Source: an uncultured Planctomycetota bacterium (GTDB taxonomy: Bacteria > Planctomycetota > Planctomycetia > Isosphaerales > Isosphaeraceae). From it: a stretch of 64,000 nt of DNA. Location of the stretch: contig CAWJTV010000030.1 of assembly GCA_963845755.1 (NCBI GenBank), forward strand, positions 129,680 to 193,679, in the 5' to 3' direction. This document shows positions 12,060 to 21,166 of this stretch, piece by piece. Under the pieces are notes generated by a model. The model searched no databases. It was given only the letters and a program-made list of their open reading frames with translations, and had not been told where the DNA came from. The number at the start of each line of letters is the position of its first letter. Position 1 is the first letter of the stretch. Made by a program: the position numbers and the translations under genes.

Positions 12060-13416
12060 CTACTGGAGGTCGTAGCGATTCATCTTGTAGTGGAGCGTGC
12101 GGACGCTGACTCCGAGGAGCCTGGCCGTTCGCTCGCGGTGCTGGTTGCAATGGGCGAGGGCGGCGAGGATGGCGGCGGTCTCCGCATCACGGACCGCGTC
12201 GTCCAGGGTGACGACCGCGGTGGTAGGAGGCTCGGCGAGCAGCTCGAGGGGCAAGTCGTTCAACCTGGATCGTCGGCCGCTCGACGGTGACGACCAGCCG
12301 CTCGATGATATTCCGGAGTTGGCGGAGGTTTCCCGGCCAGGCGTACTCGCGAATCACACGCATTGCCGAGCCGGCGACCTGCTTGATCTCGCGATTGTGC
12401 CGGAGGGCGGCCCGCTCGATGAAATGACGGATCAGATGAGGAATGTCGTCACGACGCTCACGGAGCGGCGGGAGGCGAAGTCGGACGACGCTGAAGCGGT
12501 AATACAGATCTGACCGCATCTGTCCCTCGGCAACGAGCTCATCGATGTCACGATTGGTAGCCACGACGAGCCGAACGTCGAGGGGGATGCGTTCCTTTCC
12601 ACCGAGGCGGTGGAACTCGCGGTGCTCGAGCACACGAAGCAAATCAACCTGAGTCTTGAGTGGCAACTCGCCCACCTCATTGAGGAAGAGCGTTCCCCCA
12701 CCGGCCAGCTCGAGCCACCCGGCTTTCTCGCGGGCCGCACCATTGAACGCTCTCGACTCGTAGCCGAACAGTTCGCTGTCGATTAGCGATTCGGGCAGGA
12801 CTTCGATGTTGGCCAGGATGAATGGCCCGTGGCGCCGGGAGCTCATGTCGTGGAGTGCGCACGCGATCCGCCCCTTGCCGGTCCCGCTCTCGCCCTCGAT
12901 CATGACGCTAACGTCCGTATCGGCGATCTGGACGACCCGCCCGAGCAGTTCGGTGATGACCGCGCTCTGACCGATAATTTCGGTCAGCGGCCCCGAGGCG
13001 GCCAGTCGATCGCGTAGCCGGCGATTCTCCTCTCTCAATTGATGATGCTCGAACGCGCGGTGAACCTGAATCCTCAGCGCGGCGAGGTTGACCGGCTTGG
13101 TGACGTAGTCCTGGGCACCCAGTCGCATCGCCTCCACGGCGGTCTCGATCGAGCCGTGGGCGGTAATCACGATCAACAGGATTTCCGGCCGCTCGTCCTT
13201 GGCGTGGCGGATCAGGTCGAGCCCGGAGAGCGGCCCCGGCATTTTCAGATCCAGGAGTATCAGGTGTGGAGGCTGGGTGCGGAGGACGTTCAGGGCCTCG
13301 GCGACGTCCGAGGCCGTTGACAGCTCATAGGTGTCGCAACTCAGCGCTCGACTCAGACCCGCCCGGATGCTCGGCTCATCATCGACGATCAGGATGCGGA
13401 AGCAGTTCTCGTCCAT
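12060..13416 (-). CDS. NtrC/AtoC-type response regulator (REC-AAA+-Fis HTH); frameshift near 12265; in frame with upstream kinase
   Basis: ILIVDDE...LLDLKMP...ITAHG...KP receiver; GESGTGK; WPGNLRQLRN; C-terminal HTH (TARLLGVSVRTLHYKM) in another frame. Confidence 0.85.
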
Positions 13417-14799
13417 TGGAGATTCAGTTCGTTCGCGCACCGCCAGAGGAAACGCGACGTGGAATGAGGTTCCGCCCGGCCCTGATCGACATTCTATACC
13501 GCCCCGATGCTGGCCGACTAGTTTTTCGGTCAGGGCCAATCCCAAGCCTGTCCCCCGAAGCTTCGTCGAGAAATACGGTTTGAAGATGTGGGGACGGATC
13601 TCGTCGGGAATCCCCGGACCCGTGTCGCGGACGACGACCGACAGCACATCAGCATCCGCGTCAACCTCGATGGCAAGATCGCCCCCGTTGGGCATGGCCT
13701 CCAGCGCGTTGATGGTGAGGTTCAGGACCGCTTGCTCGACCTTCTCGGCGTCGAGCGGCACCTTGGGGAGCTCTGCAGGAGGGCGTCTCAGGGCCAGCCG
13801 CACTCCCTGTCGCTCCGCCTGTGGGCCGATCAGGTGCACGACCCGTTCCAGGACACGCACCGCGTCGGTCGGCTGAACCGACAGCCTCTGAAGCTGCGCA
13901 TAATCCCGGAATCCGTCGAGCACATTGTTGAGCCGATCCGCCTCAGCGTTGAGAACGGCGAAAAGCTCGCCGACCGGGGCGGTCGCCCTCGGGTCGGCAA
14001 GCTGCTCTTCCAGGAGCTGAAGGTGAATGCTGAGGGCCGTCAAGGGGTTCTTGATCTCGTGCACCAGTCCGTTGGCCGCGTCGCCCAGACCGGCGATCCG
14101 CTCCAATCGCCGCATTCGATCTTCGGCCAGTAGAGTCAGAGTCATATCACGAAGCAGGATGATACAACCGGAGGAGCGCCCGCTCGCGTCCTGCAGGGCC
14201 TGTGCATCAGCCCGAAGACGACGTGCCAGTCCCCCTTGTTCGATCGTCAAACTGCGGTCCCACGCCGGTTCACCGCGGGTGGCGGCCTCCTCGGCCAGCT
14301 CGGCCAGCTCGGGACCGGCGGCTGGTAACTCGCCGATCGGCCGGCCGATCAACCCGGTCTGATCGGGCGGCGCCGGACACAGCAATCGGAGCGCGGCTGG
14401 GTTGATATCCATGACCACCCCCTGACCGTCAACCACGATCACACCCTGGACCATGCTCTCCAGAACATTCTGCGCTAACCGCTCCACCCGATGCAGCGCA
14501 CCATGGATGGACACGCTCCGCCGCCGCTGCCAGACGAAGACCAGGGCACAGAGGATCAACACCGCCGAGATCGCGAGCCGAGAGACGAAACGCAGCACGA
14601 TCTGTTGGCGGAGTGCGAGGATCTGCGAGCTCGGAAGCGGATCCGGGTGGGCCAGCCAGTCGTTGAGAAGGTAGTAGTCCTGGATCACCAACAAGGCGGC
14701 CAGGGAATTGACCAGGAAGGCCACGAAGAGCAAGAGAAGCAAGACCCTCAGCGTGGACAAACGATAGGGGCGGGCAACCGAGTTGTTGTCGCTGAGCAT
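13417..14799 (-). CDS. Membrane sensor histidine kinase with PAS domain
   Basis: Two N-terminal TM helices, PAS-like segment, H-box LVHEIKNPL, N-box NLTINALEAM, DTGPGI, FKPYFSTK, GTGLGL. Confidence 0.88.
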
Positions 14800-14994
14800 G
14801 GTACGACATCCACGGTTCGAGGCGACCGCCTACGCTTCATCGAACGCGCTCGTCCTCGACCCGACCGGACAGTGATCGAGGTCTCTCCAGGGACGTCCTG
14901 GTCCCGCGGCGCAGTATAGCCAGACGAACGAACGCTTGTCGCCCCGTCTCCAGTGACGAAGCCCGGATGTTGATGGTCCTCCTCCCTCGTTCGA

Positions 14995-15145
14995 GAGTTC
15001 CTGCGGAGGACCCCTGCGCGTGCCGGCACATCGGGGGGGATTCCCGATTCGAGATTCGAGATTCCCGATGGAACGATTTCTGGATCTCGAATCCGGAATC
15101 TCGAATCCGGAATCCCTCTTGGGTCGTGGCCGAAGGCCGCGTTAG
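14995..15145 (+). mobile_element. Diverged copy of the ~150-bp heptamer-stem element
   Basis: GATTCCC GATTCGA GATTCGA GATTCCC ... CTCGAAT CCGGAAT CTCGAAT CCGGAAT; ends GGGTCGTGGCCGAAGGCCGCGTTAG like the copies at 49-50 kb and 63 kb. Confidence 0.75.
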
Positions 15146-15152
15146 GGAATGC

Positions 15153-15812
15153 TCAGAGTTGCCCCGCCCGTTCGAGCGCCTTGTAATGCATGAACGAGTA
15201 GATCACCGGGATGATCGCCGAGGCCACCAGGAGCACGATCGGGATCACGATCCACACCCCCGAGATCGTCAGTACGAACCCGACGATGCCCGCCCCGAAC
15301 ATCACCCAGGCCGCCAACCGATGCGTATCATTCCAGACGCGATCGCTGGCCAGAGTCCAGGGCACGCGGACGCCGATGTAGAAGTTCCTCCTCACCTTGC
15401 CCAATTGGTTACCCATCAGCGCGAAGAAGAGGAACAAGCCCGCGATGAACCCGCGGCCCGGATCGATGGACGCACCCACGTGGACATTCTGATACACGGT
15501 GTAAAGCAGTACCCCCTGCATGTAAAAGAATAACCCAAGGACGATGTCCATGATATAGAGGTACGTCGGACGGAAGGTGTCCACTTCGAACTGCTTCGGC
15601 GAGAGAGCCGGCAGGAAGTAGAACACCACGAGCATGAGGACCATCATCCCCGGGAAGAGGAACAGCGTCCATCTGCCCCCATAGCCATCCACCTTACCCT
15701 CGATGTTCCAGTGAGTGGGGATCCGCTCGGGCAGGCCCGAATAGAGCCAGGCGGAGACCATCATCGACGCCGCCACCAGGAGGAACGCAACGATCCAGTA
15801 CAAGCGACTCAT
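15153..15812 (-). CDS. sdpI: SdpI family immunity-type membrane protein (DUF1648 + SdpI)
   Basis: LPERIPTHWNIEGKVDGY, GNQLGKVRRNFYIGVRVPWTLASDRVWNDTHR. Confidence 0.88.
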   Translation of the reverse strand: MSRLYWIVAFLLVAASMMVSAWLYSGLPERIPTHWNIEGKVDGYGGRWTLFLFPGMMVLMLVVFYFLPALSPKQFEVDTFRPTYLYIMDIVLGLFFYMQGVLLYTVYQNVHVGASIDPGRGFIAGLFLFFALMGNQLGKVRRNFYIGVRVPWTLASDRVWNDTHRLAAWVMFGAGIVGFVLTISGVWIVIPIVLLVASAIIPVIYSFMHYKALERAGQL

Positions 15813-15814
15813 GT

Positions 15815-16108
15815 TCAGGCATCTCCCCTGCTATCTTTCAGGCCCAGATGGTCCCACAACCGCGTGAGGACATCTTCGAGCACGGTCGTATTCAGCGAGT
15901 AATAGATCTGCTGACCGTCGCGCCGGCTCCGGATCAAGTCCGCCTCCTTGAGCACCGCGAAATGGTGCGACATCGAGGGCTTGGTCATGTCGAACGACGA
16001 CGAAAGCTCCCCGGCCGTCCGCTCGCCCGCAGACAACAATCGCAGGATCTCGCGACGGGTCGGGTCCGACAACGCCTTGAAAACCGAGTTGATTCCCATC
16101 ATCTCCAA
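15815..16108 (-). CDS. sdpR: ArsR/SmtB family autorepressor, SdpR-like
   Basis: FKALSDPTRREILRLL...TAGEL...SMSHHFAVLKEADLI...GQQIYYSLNTTV; directly upstream of sdpI. Confidence 0.85.
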   Translation of the reverse strand: MEMMGINSVFKALSDPTRREILRLLSAGERTAGELSSSFDMTKPSMSHHFAVLKEADLIRSRRDGQQIYYSLNTTVLEDVLTRLWDHLGLKDSRGDA

Positions 16109-16132
16109 TCCATTCGCCGAGACGATCGACTT

Positions 16133-16152
16133 ATTTAGAAGGTTGTCTAATT
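16133..16152. promoter_or_regulatory. Putative SdpR (ArsR-type) operator
   Basis: AT-rich imperfect palindrome ATTTAGA-AGGTTG-TCTAATT about 25 bp upstream of the repressor start in a GC-rich context. Confidence 0.55.
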
Positions 16153-16181
16153 ATCCTGCGAAACGGGGCGGGATCAAGGGC

Positions 16182-16527
16182 CATAGGCGTTAACTTAACG
16201 AGGGGACCCTGTGAAATCCGCTGGATGTTCGAGACGTCGCGTGCAAGACCACTCCGGGTCCGGGGTCCCTCGTTCCCACGGTCCCCGTGGGAAAGCCGTC
16301 CTCGACGCTCTGCGTCGTCCGACCGGACCGGCCGAGGCGGGAAGGACTCAGGCGGCAGGGACGCAGAGCGTCCCAGACGGCATTCCCACGGAGACCGTGG
16401 GAACGAGATCCCTCCCACCGATCGGGGCATCACACCTCCAAAACGGGATCGCCTGCGGAGCGCCGGCATTCCCCCAGGAAAACGACGGTCGGCCTTCACT
16501 GATCAGGCACTTAAGTTAACGCCTATG
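16182..16527. mobile_element. Non-autonomous element (MITE/MIC-like) with IS4/IS231-like ends
   Basis: Perfect 17-bp TIR CATAGGCGTTAACTTAA / TTAAGTTAACGCCTATG; flanks GGATCAAGGGC and AGATCAAGGGG (9/11 identical); no transposase. Confidence 0.8.
16269..16407. repeat. REP-doublet (REPIN-like) palindrome nested inside the MITE
   Basis: CTCGTTCCCACGGTCCCCGTGGGAA...GACGCTCTGCGTC...GACGCAGAGCGTC...CATTCCCACGGAGACCGTGGGAACGAG. Confidence 0.8.
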
Positions 16528-16660
16528 AGATCAAGGGGCGTCCCCCAGAACTTTGGAAGACGGAAGGCGCTTCGTCGGATCGACTCAGGCAACCTTGATG
16601 GAGTTCACACGGCGTCGTGGGTCATGTTAAGATAGAAGGAGGAGGAAGGAGGAATCCGAG

Positions 16661-17026
16661 ATGGCCGCAATACTGGCATCCACCGCGCTGAGCCTGGAAC
16701 CGCTCCTTGAGGCCGCCGATCACCTCTCGCCCGATCAACGTGGTGTGAATGAGCGGCGGTTCGCCGCACGCCGCACGAAGAATGAGAATGAGCGCTACGA
16801 TGAGGTGACCTTGGGGCGAGCAGCCAGGGGTCGGCTGTCGATAACCGCGGAGCGCCGCCTCACGAGACTGATCGCCAAGAGCGAGCGCGGAGAACTGGTA
16901 CAGGACGAATTGGTTGAGTACCAGGCCCTGGCGCAGGAGGCTCAGCGAATCGATGTGGCTCGGACCGAAGCGTTGGCGGAACTGGTGCAGCGCTCGGGGA
17001 AGTCAACGCGGGTCGTGCGGACGTAA
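16661..17026 (+). CDS. Hypothetical helical protein
   Basis: Strong GGAGG-rich SD upstream; 121 aa amphipathic helical sequence. Confidence 0.6.
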   Translation: MAAILASTALSLEPLLEAADHLSPDQRGVNERRFAARRTKNENERYDEVTLGRAARGRLSITAERRLTRLIAKSERGELVQDELVEYQALAQEAQRIDVARTEALAELVQRSGKSTRVVRT

Positions 17027-17092
17027 ATCAGCAGCGAACGCGGCGGAGCTGGCGCATCAGGCGATCGCGCGACCGGTGCGCGATCGCCCAGT

Positions 17093-17759
17093 TCATTGCG
17101 ATCCTAAATCCTCCAGCCGGCAAATCCACGCGTTGAAGTGGGGGCACTTGGCCCGAATGACGTCGAGTCCGATCAAGTCTGCCACGTCGGGACCGACGGC
17201 GGGCTTGGCATCCTCGTAGTCAGGGATCTGGGCGATGATTCGTTTGCTGCGGCGCGGTTTGCGGCCCATCATCGATCAACTCGGGCGTGACGTAGCAATC
17301 GGCGATCCTTGCAGCTCGGCGATCTGCTTCTCGTGACGATCGTAGAAGTACTTGAAACAACTGGGATCACAGAACAGAACCGCCTCATATTCATGCAATT
17401 GGATGTATGGTATGAAACGCGGGTCGTTGATGTCTTCCGCGAAAGCCCGCTCCAGGAACTCGACTCGCTGAATGGGGTCAATCCGCAGCTTCTCAGCCTC
17501 ATCACGCCGAGGAAATGACACGGGAATGGCCGTAAAGGTCGATCATGGTGGTGAAGAACACATCTGGAGCCTTATCCTGAGTCAGGCGATTCCGGATATC
17601 GTTCTCCATGGCTCGTAATTGCCACCGCCCCGGTGACCTCCCTCTAAGCCAGGCGACACCACGCAAGAATACGTTATGGTTCGCGAGACGAGGCCTGAGC
17701 AAGAGGTCGGCAAAGGTTGCCTCCGTCTTGCCTTCCCCGAACAGGTAGAGCCGCGCCAT
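17093..17759 (-). CDS. DUF4276 family (TOPRIM-like) protein, several apparent frameshifts
   Basis: MARLYLFGEGKTE..., FTTMIDLY, RFIPYIQLHEYEAVLF, TPELIDDGP...SKRI, IGLDVIRAKCPHFNAW spread over 3-4 frames. Confidence 0.8.
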
Positions 17760-18891
17760 CAATGAGGTCCTCCCCCGATGACGTTCTTATCCCAGACCTG
17801 CGCCTAAACTGTAGTCTTCGAGCCACGTCTCCAAGGCGACTGGATCAGGCCTTCGGAAAAGGGATTCGTTCCTTTCACGATCGACGACAACCACGTCCTC
17901 GGGATCAAAATGATCGAGAAATGAACTTGACTGGGTACTGATCAGGACGTCGAGTAATGAGATGCTTTCTTAAACAGGGCAGCGACTAGATTCAAAGCAT
18001 AAGGGTGAAGACCCAGCTCCGGTTCATCAACGATGATCAGGTCGGGGAGTTCGTCCTCCGGCTGCAGGAGCAACGTAATGAGACAGATGGCTCGAACCGT
18101 ACCATCCGAGAGTTGGTGAGGACCGAAAACTTGATCCGACTCCTTGTCTCGCCAGTTGAGAAGGATGTCCTGCGGATCTGGCCCGACCGGTGCGAGCTCG
18201 AAGTCTCGGAAAAAGGGTGCCATGAGGCGAATAGTGCACGACGATTCGTTCATAGGCCACAGTTGAATCCCGGTTTTTCAGCCGATAGAGAAAGCTTGCC
18301 AAGTTGCTCCCATCAGACTTGAGTTCGGGATCGAATAACTCGCTGTGATACTGGTGGATAACGACGTTTCGCGTATCGTGAAAGTGGTAGACTCGACAGC
18401 GATCAAGAAGCTGGCGAAAAAACGTTGCCGTTGGTTCGCCTAGAGATACCTCTTCGAGGACACGGGTCTCTTCGTGACCGGCTCCCAGAGACAGGGATTG
18501 TGATACCGCTCCGATTCTGGGTGGTTTGGAGCTTAATGTCTCACTCGAGAATATCAGGGTGTCTCCCAACATAGGTATATCACTCGGAGCGGGTGATAGA
18601 CTGAAGTCATAGGTGCAGTTTCGGAAAAGGGGGTTCTCTGTCTCGAACTCCAAGCTGGCGTCCATCTGCGGTGTGACCTCGGGACCATAATGAAGCAGCG
18701 ACTGGGCACCTTCGGCACAATTGATGTGCGATTGAAGCATCCGACTCATCATGTCGTTGACCATCTGGAAAAACGAAATGAGGTTACTCTTCCCGGCTCC
18801 GTTCGCGCCGATCAAGACGTTCAGTGGTCGTAACTCGAGGTCCATCTCCCTGATGGACTTGAATCCTTTGAGGACGATTCGTCTTCAGCAT
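17759..18891 (-). CDS. AAA_21/ABC-type ATPase (SMC/RecF-like), several apparent frameshifts
   Basis: KGFKSI...LNVLIGANGAGKSN, YHFHDT, LSDGT signature, IIVDEPELGLHP, STQS, C-terminal WDKNVIGGGP. Confidence 0.85.
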
Positions 18892-19534
18892 GGCCATGAT
18901 TCGTCCTCCGGCACATCTGCCAAAGGAATGATTCGACTGGGAGCCCGAATCCATTCTAGTCGAAATCGATCCGTTGCGGCTGCTCCCGCGGCGGGCATCC
19001 GCTCCAGCATCGCGGCGACCAGCGCTTCCGGATCATCCGAGGTGATCAGCAAATTGAGATGCTTCTGGCGCAGGAACCCTTCGGCGACGGCGTGGTCGAG
19101 CAGCGCGAGCAACGGGTCGAAGTAGCCGGCGACGTTGAGGATCCCGATCGGCTTGTGGTGGAGTTTCAGCGCGGCCCAGGTCAGGGTTTCAAAGAATTCC
19201 TCGAAGGTGCCGATCCCGCCGGGCATGGTGAGGAACGCGTCGGCGCAGGCGCCATCAGCGCCTTGCGCTGGTGCATATCGGCTACCACGTGCAACTCGGT
19301 TAGGCCGTTGTGGGCGACCTCCTCGGTGGACAGGGGCTCTGGGATCACTCCGATGACCTGTCCCCCGCGCTCGAGGACGGCATCGGCGACCATCCCCATC
19401 AGCCCGACCCGGCCGCCTCCGTAAACCAGGCCCACACTGCGATCGGCCAGAACGTGACCCAGCCGCCGGGCGGTCGTCGCGTATTGGGAGGACGATCCCG
19501 CCGAGGAGCCGCAGTAGACGCAGATGTTCTTCAT
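18885..19534 (-). CDS. LOG family (TIGR00730) nucleotide phosphoribohydrolase; frameshift near 19250; 3' end uncertain
   Basis: ICVYCGSS, LVYGGGRVGLMG, MHQRKALM, PGGIGTFEEFFETLTW...HHKPIG. Confidence 0.88.
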
Positions 19535-19720
19535 AAGCCAACCAGGTCGTTGCAAGTGGCCGGTTGCCGGTGATAACGTGAAGCGGACAACGGACCACAG
19601 ACCGTCAACCCCTGGCGACAGACCCAATGTTACCGATAATGTAACACAGTGTGGCCGTGCGAGCGAGATCGGCGAGGGTGCGGAATCCTGGTCGAGATCG
19701 AGCCATCGAGGATCTTATTG

Positions 19721-20716
19721 ATGCGAGCTGCATATATCGAACAGACGGGAGGCCCGGAGGTCATCAAGTTCGGTGATCTGCCAAGGCCCGTGCCCGGTCC
19801 CGGGCACGTGCTGGTGAAGGTCCGCGCCGCTGCGTTCAATCCGATCGATCTTTACATCCGGTCGGGAATGGTCGCGGCACCGATGTCGTTCCCCTACGTG
19901 CTCGCCTGTGACCTTGCCGGAACGATCGAGAAGGTGGGTCCCCAAAGCACACGGTTCCAAGTCGGTGATCGAGTCTGGGGCTCGAACCAGGGGCTGCTCG
20001 GCCGCCAGGGAGTCGCGGCGGAGTATGCCGCCGTCGACGAGGACTGGCTCTATCCCACGCCCGCGCTGTTGCCGGACACCGATGCCGCGGCGATGGCCCT
20101 GGTCGGCATCACGGCCCACCTCGGCCTCTTCGAGTTCGGTCAGCTCAAGGCCGGCGAGGTCGTCTACGTACCGGGCGGGAGCGGCGGAGTCGGCTCGATG
20201 GCGATCCAGATGGCCAAGGCCGTCGGGGCGCGCGTCGTCACAGCGGCAGGCAGCCCGGAGAAGCTCGAGCTCTGCCGGCGCCTCGGCGCGGACCTCGCCC
20301 TCAATTACAAGACCGAGGACATCCCGAGCCGGCTCCGCGAATTCTCCCCCGAGGGCGTCGACGTCTGGTACGAAACCCAGCGCGAGCCGAACCTCGAAGT
20401 CTCCATCCCCCTGCTCCGCAAGCGCGGCCGCATGATTCTCATGGCCGGCCGGGCCGCCAAGCCGGTACTCCCTCTCGGCGCCTTCTACCCCAGGAACTGC
20501 GCCCTGTTCGGGTTCGCCATGTTCAACGCCACGCCTCAGGAGCAGCGCCGTTGCGCCGACGAGATCATCCACTGGATCGAAGAGGGCCAGCTCAAGCCGC
20601 TGGTTGGCCGGACCTTCCCCCTCTCGGCCGCCGCAGACGCCCAGCGATTCCTTGAAGACAATACCCTGAAAGGCGCGGGCTCGCTGACAGGAAAAGTGGT
20701 TCTCACGCTCGACTGA
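19721..20716 (+). CDS. NADPH:quinone reductase (MDR superfamily)
   Basis: MRAAYIEQTGGPEVI, NPIDLYIRSG, GGSGGVGS nucleotide-binding loop, GKVVL. Confidence 0.9.
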   Translation: MRAAYIEQTGGPEVIKFGDLPRPVPGPGHVLVKVRAAAFNPIDLYIRSGMVAAPMSFPYVLACDLAGTIEKVGPQSTRFQVGDRVWGSNQGLLGRQGVAAEYAAVDEDWLYPTPALLPDTDAAAMALVGITAHLGLFEFGQLKAGEVVYVPGGSGGVGSMAIQMAKAVGARVVTAAGSPEKLELCRRLGADLALNYKTEDIPSRLREFSPEGVDVWYETQREPNLEVSIPLLRKRGRMILMAGRAAKPVLPLGAFYPRNCALFGFAMFNATPQEQRRCADEIIHWIEEGQLKPLVGRTFPLSAAADAQRFLEDNTLKGAGSLTGKVVLTLD

Positions 20717-20744
20717 CCGTTGTCCGTTGTCCGTGGTCCGTGGT
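20717..20744 (+). repeat. Heptamer array CCGT(T/G)GT x4
   Basis: CCGTTGT CCGTTGT CCGTGGT CCGTGGT right after the reductase stop codon. Confidence 0.85.
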
Positions 20745-20757
20745 TGGAGAGACCATC

Positions 20758-21165
20758 ATGGCGAGGAGCCATTTCGAGGATCTCGCGGTTTACCGATTGG
20801 CCGAAAAGCTCGCCGATGAAGTATGGGGGATGGTCCTCCCGTGGGCGCCACTTCCCAGGGACACCGTCGGCAAGCAACTGATCCGTGCGGCGGACAGTAT
20901 CGGAGCGAACATCGCAGAAGGTGTCGGGCGCGGCTCGTTTCAGGACAATCGACGGTTCATTCGGATCGCCCGGGGATCGTTGAACGAGACCAAGCACTGG
21001 CTTCGCCGCGCTTACAAGCGTGGTCTGATCGATGCCGATCGGATCGGCCGCCTGAAGTCCTTATTAGACGAGTTGCCGCCGCGGTTGAACGCCTATTTGA
21101 GATCCATCGGTCAGCATCACAACGGACGACGGACGACGGACAACGGACAACGGACAACGGACTAA
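20758..21165 (+). CDS. Four-helix-bundle protein (23S rRNA IVS protein / Avd-like fold family)
   Basis: FEDLAVYRLA...QLIRAADSIGANIAEGVGR...RFIRIARGSLNETKHWL...LNAYL. Confidence 0.9.
   Translation: MARSHFEDLAVYRLAEKLADEVWGMVLPWAPLPRDTVGKQLIRAADSIGANIAEGVGRGSFQDNRRFIRIARGSLNETKHWLRRAYKRGLIDADRIGRLKSLLDELPPRLNAYLRSIGQHHNGRRTTDNGQRTTD
21119..21160 (+). repeat. Heptamer array AC(A/G)ACGG x6, reverse complement of the 20717 array
   Basis: ACAACGG ACGACGG ACGACGG ACAACGG ACAACGG ACAACGG, encoding the NGRRTTDNGQRTTD tail. Confidence 0.85.
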
Positions 21166-21166
21166 A

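Noticed and set aside
20758..21165. Diversity-generating retroelement (Avd-like gene) or 23S rRNA IVS
   Set aside because: No reverse transcriptase, no TR/VR pair with adenine-specific mismatches and no rRNA sequence in the window
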